Source of the DNA: a bacterium | GTDB lineage: Bacteria; Acidobacteriota; Terriglobia; Terriglobales; Acidobacteriaceae | Length of the DNA: 64,000 bases | Direction: 5' to 3' | NCBI GenBank assembly: GCA_026225095.1 | Contig: JAMFSC010000072.1 | Location: 383-64,382 of the forward strand | Part shown: one piece after another, positions 53,201-63,000 of the stretch | Layout of the letters: every line of letters begins with the position of its first letter | Numbering within the stretch: the first letter of the stretch is position 1 | Position numbers and translations under genes: made by a program | The notes under the pieces: generated by a model | Seen by the model: only the letters and a program-made list of their open reading frames with translations | The model's database searches: none | What the model was told of the DNA's origin: nothing

Positions 53201-54898
53201 GCTTGCACCGAGCGTCCAGGTATCGGCGCTCAGTAGCCCGGTGATGGGTGCGAGGTAGCTGGCGTAGGAGCGGAGATGCGCGATCGATTCATCCCAGCAG
53301 GTTGCTCGGCCAAGCCAGTGACGGGTTCGAAGGACATTGGCCACAAGCCACGAGCCGATGAAGCCGCCACCTGAAACGGTCGAAAGGTAGTCCACCTGGC
53401 GAAGCAGGTCGAACTCTTGCAGCCCCTGCAGGACACCGAGATTGAACGTGGCGCTCCGGATGCCGCCACCCGAAAAGGCAAGGCCGATGCGGTTGTGCGG
53501 CTGCCTCCCCGTGATGATGCGCTCGCTCCAACCGAGGAACGGAGACCGGCCCGTCGGCGAATCGCTCGAATCTTCCGGAAAAGCAGTCACGGTATAGTTC
53601 CGCAATGATCGCTGCCGATCAATCTCGCGCAACTCCTTGTCGAAGACGGACCTCCAACGTTCGTTCGAACGCGGCACTTTCTTCTCATCCGGATATTGTT
53701 GCCGGTTGCATGCGTAGTGCTCGCGCTCGTCACTCACCTCGACTGCATTTTGCACCAGATCGCACACAAAGTCGAAGACCGAGCGCAGCACCTCTTCGCA
53801 CCGCTTGAGCCGTTCCTCGCGAACGTTCATTCCCTCCAGCGTTGCGCGAAAGCGCAGCAGGTGGATCCACGACACGCGTGCATAGTTCACCGATGCATTC
53901 GCCGACACCTCCGCGCGTAGCACCCGAGCGATCCAGTAGATCTCCGCGAGGGCAAAACGCGCTACGACTGGATTTGTAATCATCTCGTCTCCGCCAGGCT
54001 TCAGCGTGACAGGCTCATCGCATGAGCCGCTTTCGGAGACCATGCGCTGCTGAAGCCGGAGGTAGAACTCAGCGTGCGCGTCGACCCACGCGACCAACTG
54101 CTCGCTGACGCGTTCGAACCGCGCGTTCTGCATCTGGGCCTTGGCCCGCGACTGGACACGCGCCTCTTCCTGGATCCGCAACTCGGTTGGGTCAACCGTT
54201 GGAATCGGGTCCGGATTCATGTCCGTCCGGTCGACCGGAAGAAGGCGGCGCAGCCAGAGCTCGTACTGGGTCGTCTCATCGAGATCGTTCTGGAGGGAAA
54301 CTTCCGGTTGCCGAGGATCGTTGTGGAACCCGTCAAGGAAGCCCAACGCCTCTTCCCAGTCCAGCCTGGACTGCATCTCGAGAAACCTTGCGTAGTCCTC
54401 CTCGCGGCATCTGCCCGGACCATCCGGGGGAGGTGGGACGGCAATCGGAAACCAGCGTCGATTCGGCAGTTCGCCGACGCGATCGCATGGCAGAGGACTG
54501 GTCTCCCAATCCATCGGGAAATAGCGTCCTGCCAGCATTCGAACGCCAAAGTAAAGATATGCGTTGGCATAGCGGAGAAAGGCCTCGGAATTCGCCACTA
54601 GGGCACCCAGGCCAGGCGTCCGCACCGCCTGCAGTTCAATATCCGTCAACACCCCTACCTGGTGGCCAATCTCGAGCAGCGTAAGCGCTTCCAGAGCCTC
54701 GTCGAGTCGCAAACGAGTCTGCACGATAAGATCGCCGCGGGTCAGCGTGAACGCTGCGTCGTCGTGTGGACGCAGGAGCGCACGAAGGTCCTCCTCCTTG
54801 ACCTCGGGGCGAGTGAGATCGTCGAAGATCTTCCAAAGATCGTCTCCGTTCCGGTTGCGCCCGGCAATCAGGCGCTCTTTCGCACCCGGATCACTCAT
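50300..54898 (-). CDS. Giant (1532 aa) membrane-embedded patatin/cPLA2-like phospholipase
   Basis: The oxyanion motif AFSGGGIRS lies at about aa 475-481. The nucleophile-elbow-like STVSGGGFIGSW has its Ser at about aa 509. About ten hydrophobic helices and a Lys/Ala-rich coiled coil follow. The catalytic Asp motif NVSDGGHFENLG lies at about aa 1233. The N-terminal ~470 aa and C-terminal ~200 aa are unassigned. Confidence 0.85.
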   Translation of the reverse strand: MSDPGAKERLIAGRNRNGDDLWKIFDDLTRPEVKEEDLRALLRPHDDAAFTLTRGDLIVQTRLRLDEALEALTLLEIGHQVGVLTDIELQAVRTPGLGALVANSEAFLRYANAYLYFGVRMLAGRYFPMDWETSPLPCDRVGELPNRRWFPIAVPPPPDGPGRCREEDYARFLEMQSRLDWEEALGFLDGFHNDPRQPEVSLQNDLDETTQYELWLRRLLPVDRTDMNPDPIPTVDPTELRIQEEARVQSRAKAQMQNARFERVSEQLVAWVDAHAEFYLRLQQRMVSESGSCDEPVTLKPGGDEMITNPVVARFALAEIYWIARVLRAEVSANASVNYARVSWIHLLRFRATLEGMNVREERLKRCEEVLRSVFDFVCDLVQNAVEVSDEREHYACNRQQYPDEKKVPRSNERWRSVFDKELREIDRQRSLRNYTVTAFPEDSSDSPTGRSPFLGWSERIITGRQPHNRIGLAFSGGGIRSATFNLGVLQGLQEFDLLRQVDYLSTVSGGGFIGSWLVANVLRTRHWLGRATCWDESIAHLRSYASYLAPITGLLSADTWTLGASWIRNTFLIQLTGLIWLFALLLSALVGQMVFLALSRQASHPWVGLIAFAMSLLVLITLIYNFIGNRVETGKASPQASLIRWLAVLPSWIGSFIIASMLWHDARGPVWSGGPPEQYHAFSYVLQKAASTMLPLLALHLGGMLLIGWFALKPHLPPAYIEPAKNLEKKLYAALDADAKAKAAKKLAKELSKAEAAGPRVTLEGVAQLEALREQVAAATQAAEWSKPCHMSLADRFLNRVRLATVRAHPYGERLLRALWIGTLCLAVLYLLVCAILYLFLHWVSPDPGRYGSYAFVFGPALVLGAFIVSVVIFIGLSGRNSNEAQREWWTRFGAWLMIYCALGLVLTAVAIFGPMLTTYLFSMEYSTVRWGSIATWMGTVVAGLFAGNSSKTAGDGSPGKKLGLEILARVGGLLFILGAVIGAASALHFFLLYFATSDSPDAEYWTTLNDMDRLKFLGTCVVVIAVGLLFSWFFEINIFGLSQFYRNRLVRCYLGATRWAPGLRKPHPFTKFDFNDDLPLSSLRYQYRGPFPIFNCTLNLAGSSDLVLHSRHSASFTLTPLHCGADRAKVGFAPTGGPTPRTAKASFAGGVKLGQAVAISGAAASPNMGYNTNPLVAFLLTMFNVRLGWWFPNPGHKRAWNKSGLSFSLYYLTKELLGTADETRMFLNVSDGGHFENLGVYELIRRRCKVIIACDAECDELLQFGGLGNLVRICATDFGAVIDIDVKSIRDQKDGFSLAHCAVGTIKYSNGSIGYLIYLKASVSGDEDVGVAQYRSVHPTFPHETTANQFFSEDQFESYRKLGQHVVRHSLRGNQPGSSAVDVAVKLADVIAPARTTGEAFLRHTQTLERMWEQFRKSPALHGFVDELMHIHPPIAVVPPSAGNPHQASEELCMALELTQLMEDVFMDLRLDDFWEHPDNRGWAIMFMRWARSPRFQRYWSQTRRTFGIRFEYFCQARLGLMRDTPIVRV

Positions 54899-55241
54899 GG
54901 CTTCATCCCTGCGTCGGAGGCTTTCAAGAAGCCACCCTAAGAATGTGAGTTCTCTTTTCCATGCGCCGACTCCTTAGGCGGAGGTGCACCAACAGAATTC
55001 GATCTTGCGTGCCAGCTATTCGGCCACTCATCATGCCAGATGTCCGACGGAAAGACAACACCGTGACTTGAGGCAAACAAAGTGCGATCCTTCTCTCGAA
55101 GAGGGCAATGAGCGATCATATAGATGACGGCTCCGCTCGTCATTCGGATTCTCTAGATCGACCAGGATGACATGACATATTCGTTCGATCGAAGATATCG
55201 AGCGAGCGGTCGCGCTGTATCATCGGCGGCAATCCCCGGAG

Positions 55242-55769
55242 TTAGTCGCCGGAGTAGACTCTTGGAACTCCCAGACTGCCCTTCCCCGGAAGATGCCGGA
55301 TGAAGACCACCATCTGCCACATCTCCTCGTCCGAGAACTCGCCCTTCGATGGCGGCATGCCAGAGGGATAGATGCCATTGTCGATGATCCACTTGAGCTG
55401 TCCGTCCGTGTAATCCTGAACCTCAGCGCTCGCCAGCGAAGGGACCGCGGGCGACATCGACGAGGCGAACGGCACTCCAGTATTCTGGCCATCCAGACCA
55501 TGACACACCGAGCAGTAGGAACCGAACGCCTGTTGCCCGGAGGAGATGGATTCCTGCGACACGCTCAGCGGATTTCGATCCTTCCTGCCTCCCACCGTGA
55601 TGCGGTGCTTGGCCCACTTCACAACCCGCGCCTCCACCGGCCCACGGGGTGTGGCACGGCAGCCACCCGCCGCCAACGTCAGGATGGCCAACAGAAGACG
55701 AAGCTTGCCAATCTTGCGGCTTTGCGTCGTGACGCGATTCCGCCCGAGTATGGTCTGGAAGACTGCCAT
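55242..55769 (-). CDS. c-type cytochrome lipoprotein
   Basis: The heme-binding motif CSVCH is present, with a distal Met region (GMPPS) and a lipobox-like LAAGGC. The start is uncertain; the ORF track extends to 55847. Confidence 0.75.
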   Translation of the reverse strand: MAVFQTILGRNRVTTQSRKIGKLRLLLAILTLAAGGCRATPRGPVEARVVKWAKHRITVGGRKDRNPLSVSQESISSGQQAFGSYCSVCHGLDGQNTGVPFASSMSPAVPSLASAEVQDYTDGQLKWIIDNGIYPSGMPPSKGEFSDEEMWQMVVFIRHLPGKGSLGVPRVYSGD

Positions 55770-55858
55770 GGCTCCATCATGCCGCATCGCTGCACGAATT
55801 GCATCTTGGGCTTGCGCAATCATTTGAGGACGTCGTGCAGGGCACACTCCGCGGAGCT

Positions 55859-57043
55859 TCAGACCGCATGCAGGGCTTGCCTGCGCGCTTCCTCAAGGCT
55901 GTCGGCCTTCGGCAGTCGCAACCCCACCAGCAGAAGCCCCAGCGCGCCAGCCACAAGCACCAGCAGCCCCGCCCTTAAGGAGTGAAGATACTCCGACAAC
56001 ACACCCGTCAGCCATGGCATGACCGCAGAGGTAGCGCCACACAGAAAGAAGATTGACCCAGTCTGACGACGGCCAAGCACGCGAGTCAAGAGACTGGGAT
56101 AAAGAGGTCCCAGGCCAAACCCGATCGCGAAGGAACAGGTCAGCAACACGAGGCCATTCGGAATCAGCAAGGCCGAAGCACCGCCTGCAACAAGCGTCAG
56201 CAGCCACTTAAAAGACCACTGCAGTCTCCTCTCGGAAGTCGGCAGGGAGCCCAGGAGTCGGCTCGATAACAACCCAGCCCACAGGCACGTCGGCGCAGCG
56301 ACGACCATCGCCACACCATGCCGCGATCGCTCCGCGTAGGTGGCGAGCCAGGCGCCGCTCGCCGCCTCCACACCCGTTGAGAGCATCGTCGCCACGATGA
56401 GTGGCAGTGGAATACCTGCCAGGCCAAATCGCGAGTCCCACACCCCCCGGATGCCCACGAGGAAACCCACCCGGTCGAGGGCTCTGGGGCGCAAGGCAAG
56501 GGGCCTCATCAGGGCCACGGCAATTGCCAGGAGCACAAATCCAGTGGCGAACGCCATCAGCACGCCGCGCGGAGAACTGGTACGTAGACCATGGGTCACC
56601 AGCAGCGGGCATAGCATCGCGCCGACGGCCCAAAACAGATTGAGTCGAACGTTCTCCGCGATGCGGTCTCCATCTGGACGCTGCCGCATCAGGCTGACGC
56701 TGGTCATCGTCATGCCCAGACCAAGCCCCCACAGCGATCCCGTCATCGTCACCCACACCGAGACATGCGCCCACGTCCAGGCCGCCATAGCAAGCAGCAC
56801 TAGTCCAAACGTCAGAGAGGTTCGAAGTTGTCGCAACAGCAACAACGATCCGATCGCCGAACCAGCCGTAATGCTAAAGAACAACCATCCAGCGCCGCCG
56901 TCCTGCATGTGCCAGGCGGAGAGCATCGCCGGCAACAAAGCTCCCGGCAGAGCGCACCCCGCGCCCGCACCGACGAAGCTGCTATAGAGCAGAATGGTCG
57001 ACAAGCGAGCATGCCGAGACTCGGCTTCACTCTCCATCGTCAC
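55859..57043 (-). CDS. MFS transporter
   Basis: About 12 hydrophobic segments are spread across the protein. Its start overlaps the stop of the upstream GH144-like gene. Confidence 0.8.
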   Translation of the reverse strand: MTMESEAESRHARLSTILLYSSFVGAGAGCALPGALLPAMLSAWHMQDGGAGWLFFSITAGSAIGSLLLLRQLRTSLTFGLVLLAMAAWTWAHVSVWVTMTGSLWGLGLGMTMTSVSLMRQRPDGDRIAENVRLNLFWAVGAMLCPLLVTHGLRTSSPRGVLMAFATGFVLLAIAVALMRPLALRPRALDRVGFLVGIRGVWDSRFGLAGIPLPLIVATMLSTGVEAASGAWLATYAERSRHGVAMVVAAPTCLWAGLLSSRLLGSLPTSERRLQWSFKWLLTLVAGGASALLIPNGLVLLTCSFAIGFGLGPLYPSLLTRVLGRRQTGSIFFLCGATSAVMPWLTGVLSEYLHSLRAGLLVLVAGALGLLLVGLRLPKADSLEEARRQALHAV

Positions 57044-58380
57044 CTGCGCGCCGCATGACTCTTGTCGCGCCGGAAGCCGGCCTTCTTCATCGCGATGCCG
57101 ACCTCGCGGTTCCGCGCAAACGTCTCCCAGACAAACCCCGAACGCAGGTTCTCCGCCATCAAGAGTCCGATGCCAAGATCAATACCGAGCACGTCTGCAT
57201 CGTACCAGTTGTTCTGCGGATGCAATGCATCGCAGAAGCCATACCGACCCCAGCAGCGGTCTCCGTATCCGTCCTTCAGCGCTCGCAGCACCTTCAGGCA
57301 GTCGGCGGGCAAAAAGGGCAGAGATCCCGCTGTTGCGCACGGAACCACGCTCCCATCAACCTTCCCAATCAAAGGAGGCCCACCCCATGCCTGGTAGCCA
57401 CCCTCCGAGTCTGAAGCCGTGATGCCCCAATGGGTCTCCTTGTAAGGCAGCGCGGAATCCTTCTCCGCAAGATCCATGCAGAACGCCTTATGCGCGCGCG
57501 TCGCCGTCACGGAGTTTTCGAAGTAGTTGGCGTATGCGTCGCGCCGGTTGCGAAAATCGAAGAAGGCATGGCTGTACTGGTGGATGAACAGCGGGTCGCC
57601 GCCGCCGATGTAGGTTAAGCCGTCATAGCTGATCGTGGGGCGCGACCACGCCGTCCATGCAGTCGCATCAACCGGGTAGGTCGGCGAACCCATCGCGAGC
57701 AGAGGGATCATCATCAACTCGCAGTAGTGATTCCAGGTTGCGGAGAGAAAGCCCTTGCCCGGATTCCAACCCATCGAGAACTGCGGTCCGCCATTCATCA
57801 TCCAGGGCCAGTCCACACGCTCATAGATCGTGGTCGCCAAGCGAACGATCTCCGGGTCTGATGCAAAGTGTGCCCGCGCGGTCAGCACGCCGCACAGCAG
57901 AAGCGATGTGTCGATCGACGATACCTCGCTCCAACTCATCGGCTCACCCGTGTCGACGTCGTTGAAGTGAAAGAAGAACCCATGCTCATGCCGCAACTCG
58001 CTCGCATGGAATCGCAGCGTCCTCAGCACCTGCTCCTTCAACGCCGTCTTCTCACCATAGCCACGCTGGTCCGCGATACACAAGCCGGCCAGGCCGAAAC
58101 CGGTCGCTGCGATGCTCGCATTCGTGCGCGGATCGCGCCGGCCATCGGTATTCGCCGCCGCCGCGCGATCCAGTACCTGCCCGGTCTTCGCACCCGTCTG
58201 CTCCGTGAAGAACAGGCAAGCCCGCCGCTCCATCTCTCCAAGGAAAGCATCGTCCGCGCGAGTCAGCCTTGTTGCGTGGCCCTGAGCGAGCAATCCCAGC
58301 GGCAGAGCAGCCGCGGCCACTCCGCCAAACAGCATGCCAAGCACATCACGTCGAGTTGGTTCGATCGCTTCCTCGCTCAT
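57040..58380 (-). CDS. Glucoamylase-like / GH144-type (beta-1,2-glucanase-like, DUF3131-type) glycoside hydrolase with a Tat-like signal
   Basis: A twin-arginine-like N-terminus is present (TRRDVLGMLFGGVAAAA). The blocks IAATGFGLAGLCIA, FFFHFNDVDTG and SIDTSLLLCGVL match my recollection of this (alpha/alpha)6 family. An ATGA overlap joins it to the GH39 gene. Confidence 0.65.
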   Translation of the reverse strand: MSEEAIEPTRRDVLGMLFGGVAAAALPLGLLAQGHATRLTRADDAFLGEMERRACLFFTEQTGAKTGQVLDRAAAANTDGRRDPRTNASIAATGFGLAGLCIADQRGYGEKTALKEQVLRTLRFHASELRHEHGFFFHFNDVDTGEPMSWSEVSSIDTSLLLCGVLTARAHFASDPEIVRLATTIYERVDWPWMMNGGPQFSMGWNPGKGFLSATWNHYCELMMIPLLAMGSPTYPVDATAWTAWSRPTISYDGLTYIGGGDPLFIHQYSHAFFDFRNRRDAYANYFENSVTATRAHKAFCMDLAEKDSALPYKETHWGITASDSEGGYQAWGGPPLIGKVDGSVVPCATAGSLPFLPADCLKVLRALKDGYGDRCWGRYGFCDALHPQNNWYDADVLGIDLGIGLLMAENLRSGFVWETFARNREVGIAMKKAGFRRDKSHAARR

Positions 58381-59960
58381 CGGCCAGACACCACAATCAG
58401 CGCCAGGCCATGCTCCGGCACGCTGATCTGCAGGCCGCCACCCTTCAGCCGAAGATGCTCCGCAGGAGCCATCGCCCCCGCTACCTGTAGGCTGCGAATC
58501 TGTTCCTGCGTCAAGCTCCCCGGAGGCCGACCCATCGCATCGAACGCCTTCAACGAGTTCCCATGCATCTCATCCACACGATACACCTCGACCGTCGCGT
58601 TCGCCGGAACATGGTCGAAGCGAAGATCGAAGCTCTTCTTGGCGCCCATCGCGCCGGATGGCATCGTGTAGGTCGCTCCCTCCCCGGTGGGCGGAGCGTA
58701 GTTCCACAACGCAGTGACGACCGACCCATCCGCCCCCAACGTCGCCAGCGCACTCTCCGACGTCAGAGCGATTCGCTTGTCCCCTAGTCGGTGAAGCACC
58801 GCAAAAGCATTGAATGATGGCTTTGGAATGGAGTCCGCCGCGATGATTCCGAAGCCGCCGTAGAAGGGCGAATGCACCACTCCCTGCTCTTCAAAGACAT
58901 CTGAAAACGCCCAGTAGGCCATCGTATCCGTCAGCCCGTCGCACAGGCGAATGGTGTTCGCGAGCCATGGCCCCATGTAGGTACTGTCGGTCACATTTGG
59001 CTCATTCGCATAGCTCGCTCCATACTCGGAAACGATGAGGGGAATCGTCGGATATGCTGACTTCACAATCTGCTCATGCACCATCTTCACGGCGCGCCAC
59101 ACCATGAACTCGCGCGGAACATTCTCGTTCGTCTTCAACACATTATCCGCTGTATCGTTTGCATAAACGTGCGTGGAGACGAAGTCGACCGGAACGCTCT
59201 GGGCCTTCGTATGTGCCAGAAAATCCCCCACCCACGCTGCCTGGGCCGTCGACGGACCACCGACCTGCAGCCTTGATGATACCGCCTTCAAAGTCCGCGC
59301 CGTGTGGTCGTACAGCTCCCAGTAGGTGGCCTGCTTGGGCGTTCCAGCCCAGAAGTCCAGGTTCGGTTCATTCCACACTTCGAACTTCCATGTGGCGACC
59401 TCTCTGATGCCATAGCGTTCGATCAGGTGCACCGCAAAAGCCCGCAGCATGTCGTCCCACAACGCATAGTCCTTGGGTGGCGATACGATGGGGTGGTACC
59501 AGAACGGATGCACCACCGCGGGGTCGGCCGCCATCTTCCTGGGCATGAAGCTCAACTCCACATAAGGCTTCACCCCATTCGCCAACAGACCATCGTAGAT
59601 CTGATCGATGTAGGAGAAGTTATAAGTTGATGCGTCATGCACCCTCTCCGCCGCCAAACCGGGATTCTTCACCACGCGATCGGGATCATACAGCCCTACT
59701 TCATCCATCAGGATGCCATGAAACCGAATCGATTCGAAGTTCGTCGCCTTCTTCACAGTCCGAAGATCGTTCCGATAGCTCTCACGGAGCGACAGGATAG
59801 CGCGGCCTGAACCGAACGTCTTCTCCCAGAAGTGCGGGAATGGCGTAGTTGCCGCCTTCGCACTAATGCGAATCTGTTCCTGCGCTCGAGCGGTTTCTCC
59901 GTAAAACGAGAAAAAGAACAACAATAAGCACATGAGTTTGTTACATGAATAGCGCATCAA
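58377..59960 (-). CDS. Glycoside hydrolase family 39-like (beta-xylosidase-like)
   Basis: A signal peptide is present. FPHFWEKTFGSGRA, IRFHGILMDEV and WKFEVWNEPNLDFW (catalytic acid/base NEP) are present. Confidence 0.8.
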   Translation of the reverse strand: MMRYSCNKLMCLLLFFFSFYGETARAQEQIRISAKAATTPFPHFWEKTFGSGRAILSLRESYRNDLRTVKKATNFESIRFHGILMDEVGLYDPDRVVKNPGLAAERVHDASTYNFSYIDQIYDGLLANGVKPYVELSFMPRKMAADPAVVHPFWYHPIVSPPKDYALWDDMLRAFAVHLIERYGIREVATWKFEVWNEPNLDFWAGTPKQATYWELYDHTARTLKAVSSRLQVGGPSTAQAAWVGDFLAHTKAQSVPVDFVSTHVYANDTADNVLKTNENVPREFMVWRAVKMVHEQIVKSAYPTIPLIVSEYGASYANEPNVTDSTYMGPWLANTIRLCDGLTDTMAYWAFSDVFEEQGVVHSPFYGGFGIIAADSIPKPSFNAFAVLHRLGDKRIALTSESALATLGADGSVVTALWNYAPPTGEGATYTMPSGAMGAKKSFDLRFDHVPANATVEVYRVDEMHGNSLKAFDAMGRPPGSLTQEQIRSLQVAGAMAPAEHLRLKGGGLQISVPEHGLALIVVSGR

Positions 59961-60094
59961 ATCTCGTCTCCACGTTCAACGGTCCTGGTGAGGGACACAG
60001 CCACGCGAACTGCGTTGCCAAAGACTTCGAGAAAGAGAAGAGGGTGCTCCCGAAGGCGCACCCTCCACATCCATTGCTGGCCGATGCATCTCCG

Positions 60095-63000
60095 CTAGAA
60101 GCTGAACCGCGCCTGCAGATTGACCGTCCTTCCGGTCAGCGCAGACTGTGCCTGCCCGAAGTTCTGGGACAGTACATTGTTGATGATCGATCCAGGATTC
60201 AGGTTGATCTGGTTGAACAGATTGAAGGCGTCCGCGCGAATCTCCATCTTTGCCCCTTCGCCCAGTATGCGAGCGTGGGGAAACCCGAACGACTTCGCCA
60301 CCGTCGCATCCAGATCCTGATACCCCGGTCCATTGAATGAGTTACGCTCCACGCCCGGAAGCTGCGGCAGCGCATACGCCGTGCCCGAGGTCGGAATACC
60401 TGTAGCTGGCAGTGCGAAGTACGGAGTCGAGGTGCCGCTCGCCGCGATGTTTGGGAAGTTCAGGTTCGGCTTACCATTCTCGAATGCGTCGTTGCTCCGA
60501 ATGCGCTTTGCTCCACCCAGGTACGCCGCGGGCCGAAGCGAGTTATATCCGCTGGAACCGTAGTAGAGATTGTTGCCTGTGTTGTACACCGGAGTGAAGG
60601 GGAATCCGCCGTGGATGTTGTAGATGCCACTGAACGAGAAGCCGTCGGCGATCTTCGACAATAGACTGTTGTTGTGGAAGAAGACCGGCTGCCACATCGC
60701 GTACAGCTTGAACGCCTTGCCATAGTTGTAGTCCGACCGTCCATAGGCCAGGTCCGGCCGGAATGGATACGGGTCCTCATAGTAAGGCGACGAGCCTGTG
60801 TCCATCGACTTCGCGTAGTTGAACTCCGCGTCGAACATGATGCCGTGAGACATCTGCTTCTTCAGTCCCACCAGGAGAGAGTTGTTGTTCGAGTGACCGG
60901 TATTAGCGAAGTAATCCACGTTCTGGACCAGAGGATTCTGTGCGTAGCCCAGGGCCAGCGCGGTGATATACAACTGATTCTGCACGATCACGTGGCGACC
61001 CAGGCTGCCTTGGTATCCGATCGATGCCACCAGCTGATGTCCCAGGTCCATCTGCGTATCCAGCGAGTAGTGCTCAGTGTATGGAGTCGGCTGATTGGCC
61101 TGAAACGCCGTGACGGTGGCTCCTCCGGATGTTGGTAGGTTCGCCGCGTTGAATCCGCCGATTGCGTTCGGATTCGCAGGGTAGCCGAACAGCGACGTCG
61201 TACTGGCCGCGACCGCATAGACAATCCTTGGATCGATGCTCGCCACTCCATTCTGGATCGTGCTATTGCTGAAGTTGGCGTTCAGAATGTACGGCGGATT
61301 GCTTCCCGCATTGCCTGTGATCGCGATCTCCGTCTGGTTGAAGTTCAGTCCGAAGCCGCCGCGAACGACCAGCTTACGGTCAAACTGGCTGGGGTTGTAG
61401 GCGAAGCCGAACTGCGGTCCGAAGTTGCCCTTCTGCGAATTGGTCAGGTTGCCGCCCTGACGCACGCTCAGCCCGGTAAACGTCGACGAACCGGTCCCGA
61501 ACTGCACTACACCCAGGTTGTTCTGTTTTGAGGACAGCGGCCCAAAGTAGGAGTAGCGCAGCCCCATGTTCAACGTCAGGTTGGATCGCGCCTTCCAGTC
61601 GTCATGGACAAAGAAGCCGTACAGGTCTTCGCGATTGTCCTGCCGGTTGGTCGTAGGAGTTCCGGTCACGGGGTTGAAGCTCCCGCTCTCCGAGCGCGGA
61701 GCATCATTCAGGAAGTCCCAGATGTTGAAGAAGTTGTAGCCGGGACGGGCCGAATAGGTCGGATTGTTCAGGTAATACAGCCGCGTGACGTCGCCGCCGA
61801 ACTTGATGTTGTGGTTGCCCTGCACCTTGGTGGCAACATCTTTGTAGGTGTACGTGTGCTGGTTGAAGTTGCTCGGTCCGGGTGCTCCGAAGAAGGCGAG
61901 CTGCGTGCCTCCCGTCAGGTTGCCGATGCCGTCGACCTGTGCCTGCGGCAGGCCGAAGGGCTCCTGCGGGTTCGTCTCAACCTCGTTCCAACGCCATCCC
62001 GCATCGTTCACGCGTGCCTCGTTCAGGAACGTGGGTGAGAAGACATGGTTCCAGATCGCGGAGTAAGCATCATTGATCTGCGAATGATGGAAGAGGTTGT
62101 AGGCGCGAACCGTACCCTGGTAGCTGGTGGTCGTCAACGGAACCCAGTAGATTGCAAAGGCGAGATGGTCTTTCTTGGTAGCGTCAGCATCCAGCCGCCC
62201 GTTGTACTGCGCGCCCACCTGCGCCGTGGGGTTTGCCAGCGTGTAAAAGGATATGTCGGCGGTGCTGCTCAGACCGCTCCCGACGCCCGGGTTGGTACTG
62301 TTCTGCCAGGTAAGATCCTGCTTTCCAAGACCAGACGTGAGCGGCGAACCAAGATTGAGACCTTGACCGGCGATCGTGCGGCAGTTAACCCCTTCAATAA
62401 AGCCGACATTGGCGCACGGTATATCCGAGCGTCCAATTGCATTGGGGGCCGCACCGGCAAAACTGAGGTACTTTGATGCAATGCTGCCGGCAGGGGCCAA
62501 AGCCCGGAAAGCTGCCGTCTCGTACCATCCCGTGGTCTGCGTGCTCGCGTTGTTGCGCTGCGTCTCGTAGGCGAAGAACGCAAAAAGCTTATCGTGCAGA
62601 ATCGGCCCGCCAACGCTGCCACCGTACTGGTTCGAGCGGGTCGTGTCGCGCAGCAGTCCACGGTCGCTCGGCGATCCGGTATTGAAGGTATTGGCCCCGT
62701 TATAGCGCTGATAAGCATTAAGGCCCGGTCGGTTCGCCCGGAAGAACAGGCTACCGTGGAACTGGTTCGTCCCGGTCTTCGAGGTCACTTGGATCTGCGC
62801 GCCGCTGAAACGTCCGTTCTCTGCGTCATACCCGTTTGAGAGCACCTTCACGCTGCCTACTGAATCCTCGGTAGGCGTGATCACCGACGTACCGCCCCAC
62901 ACCGCGCTCACCGTGCTGATGCCGTCGATCTGGATACCATTGGTCTGGGTCTGCCCCCCATTCGCGCTCGCCTGAGGTCCGTTCTCCGTCTTGAAGATCC

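Noticed and set aside
54937-55143. A 68-aa minus-strand ORF between the cytochrome c gene and the patatin gene
   Set aside because: It has no recognisable motif or RBS. It lies in the probable promoter region of the patatin gene.
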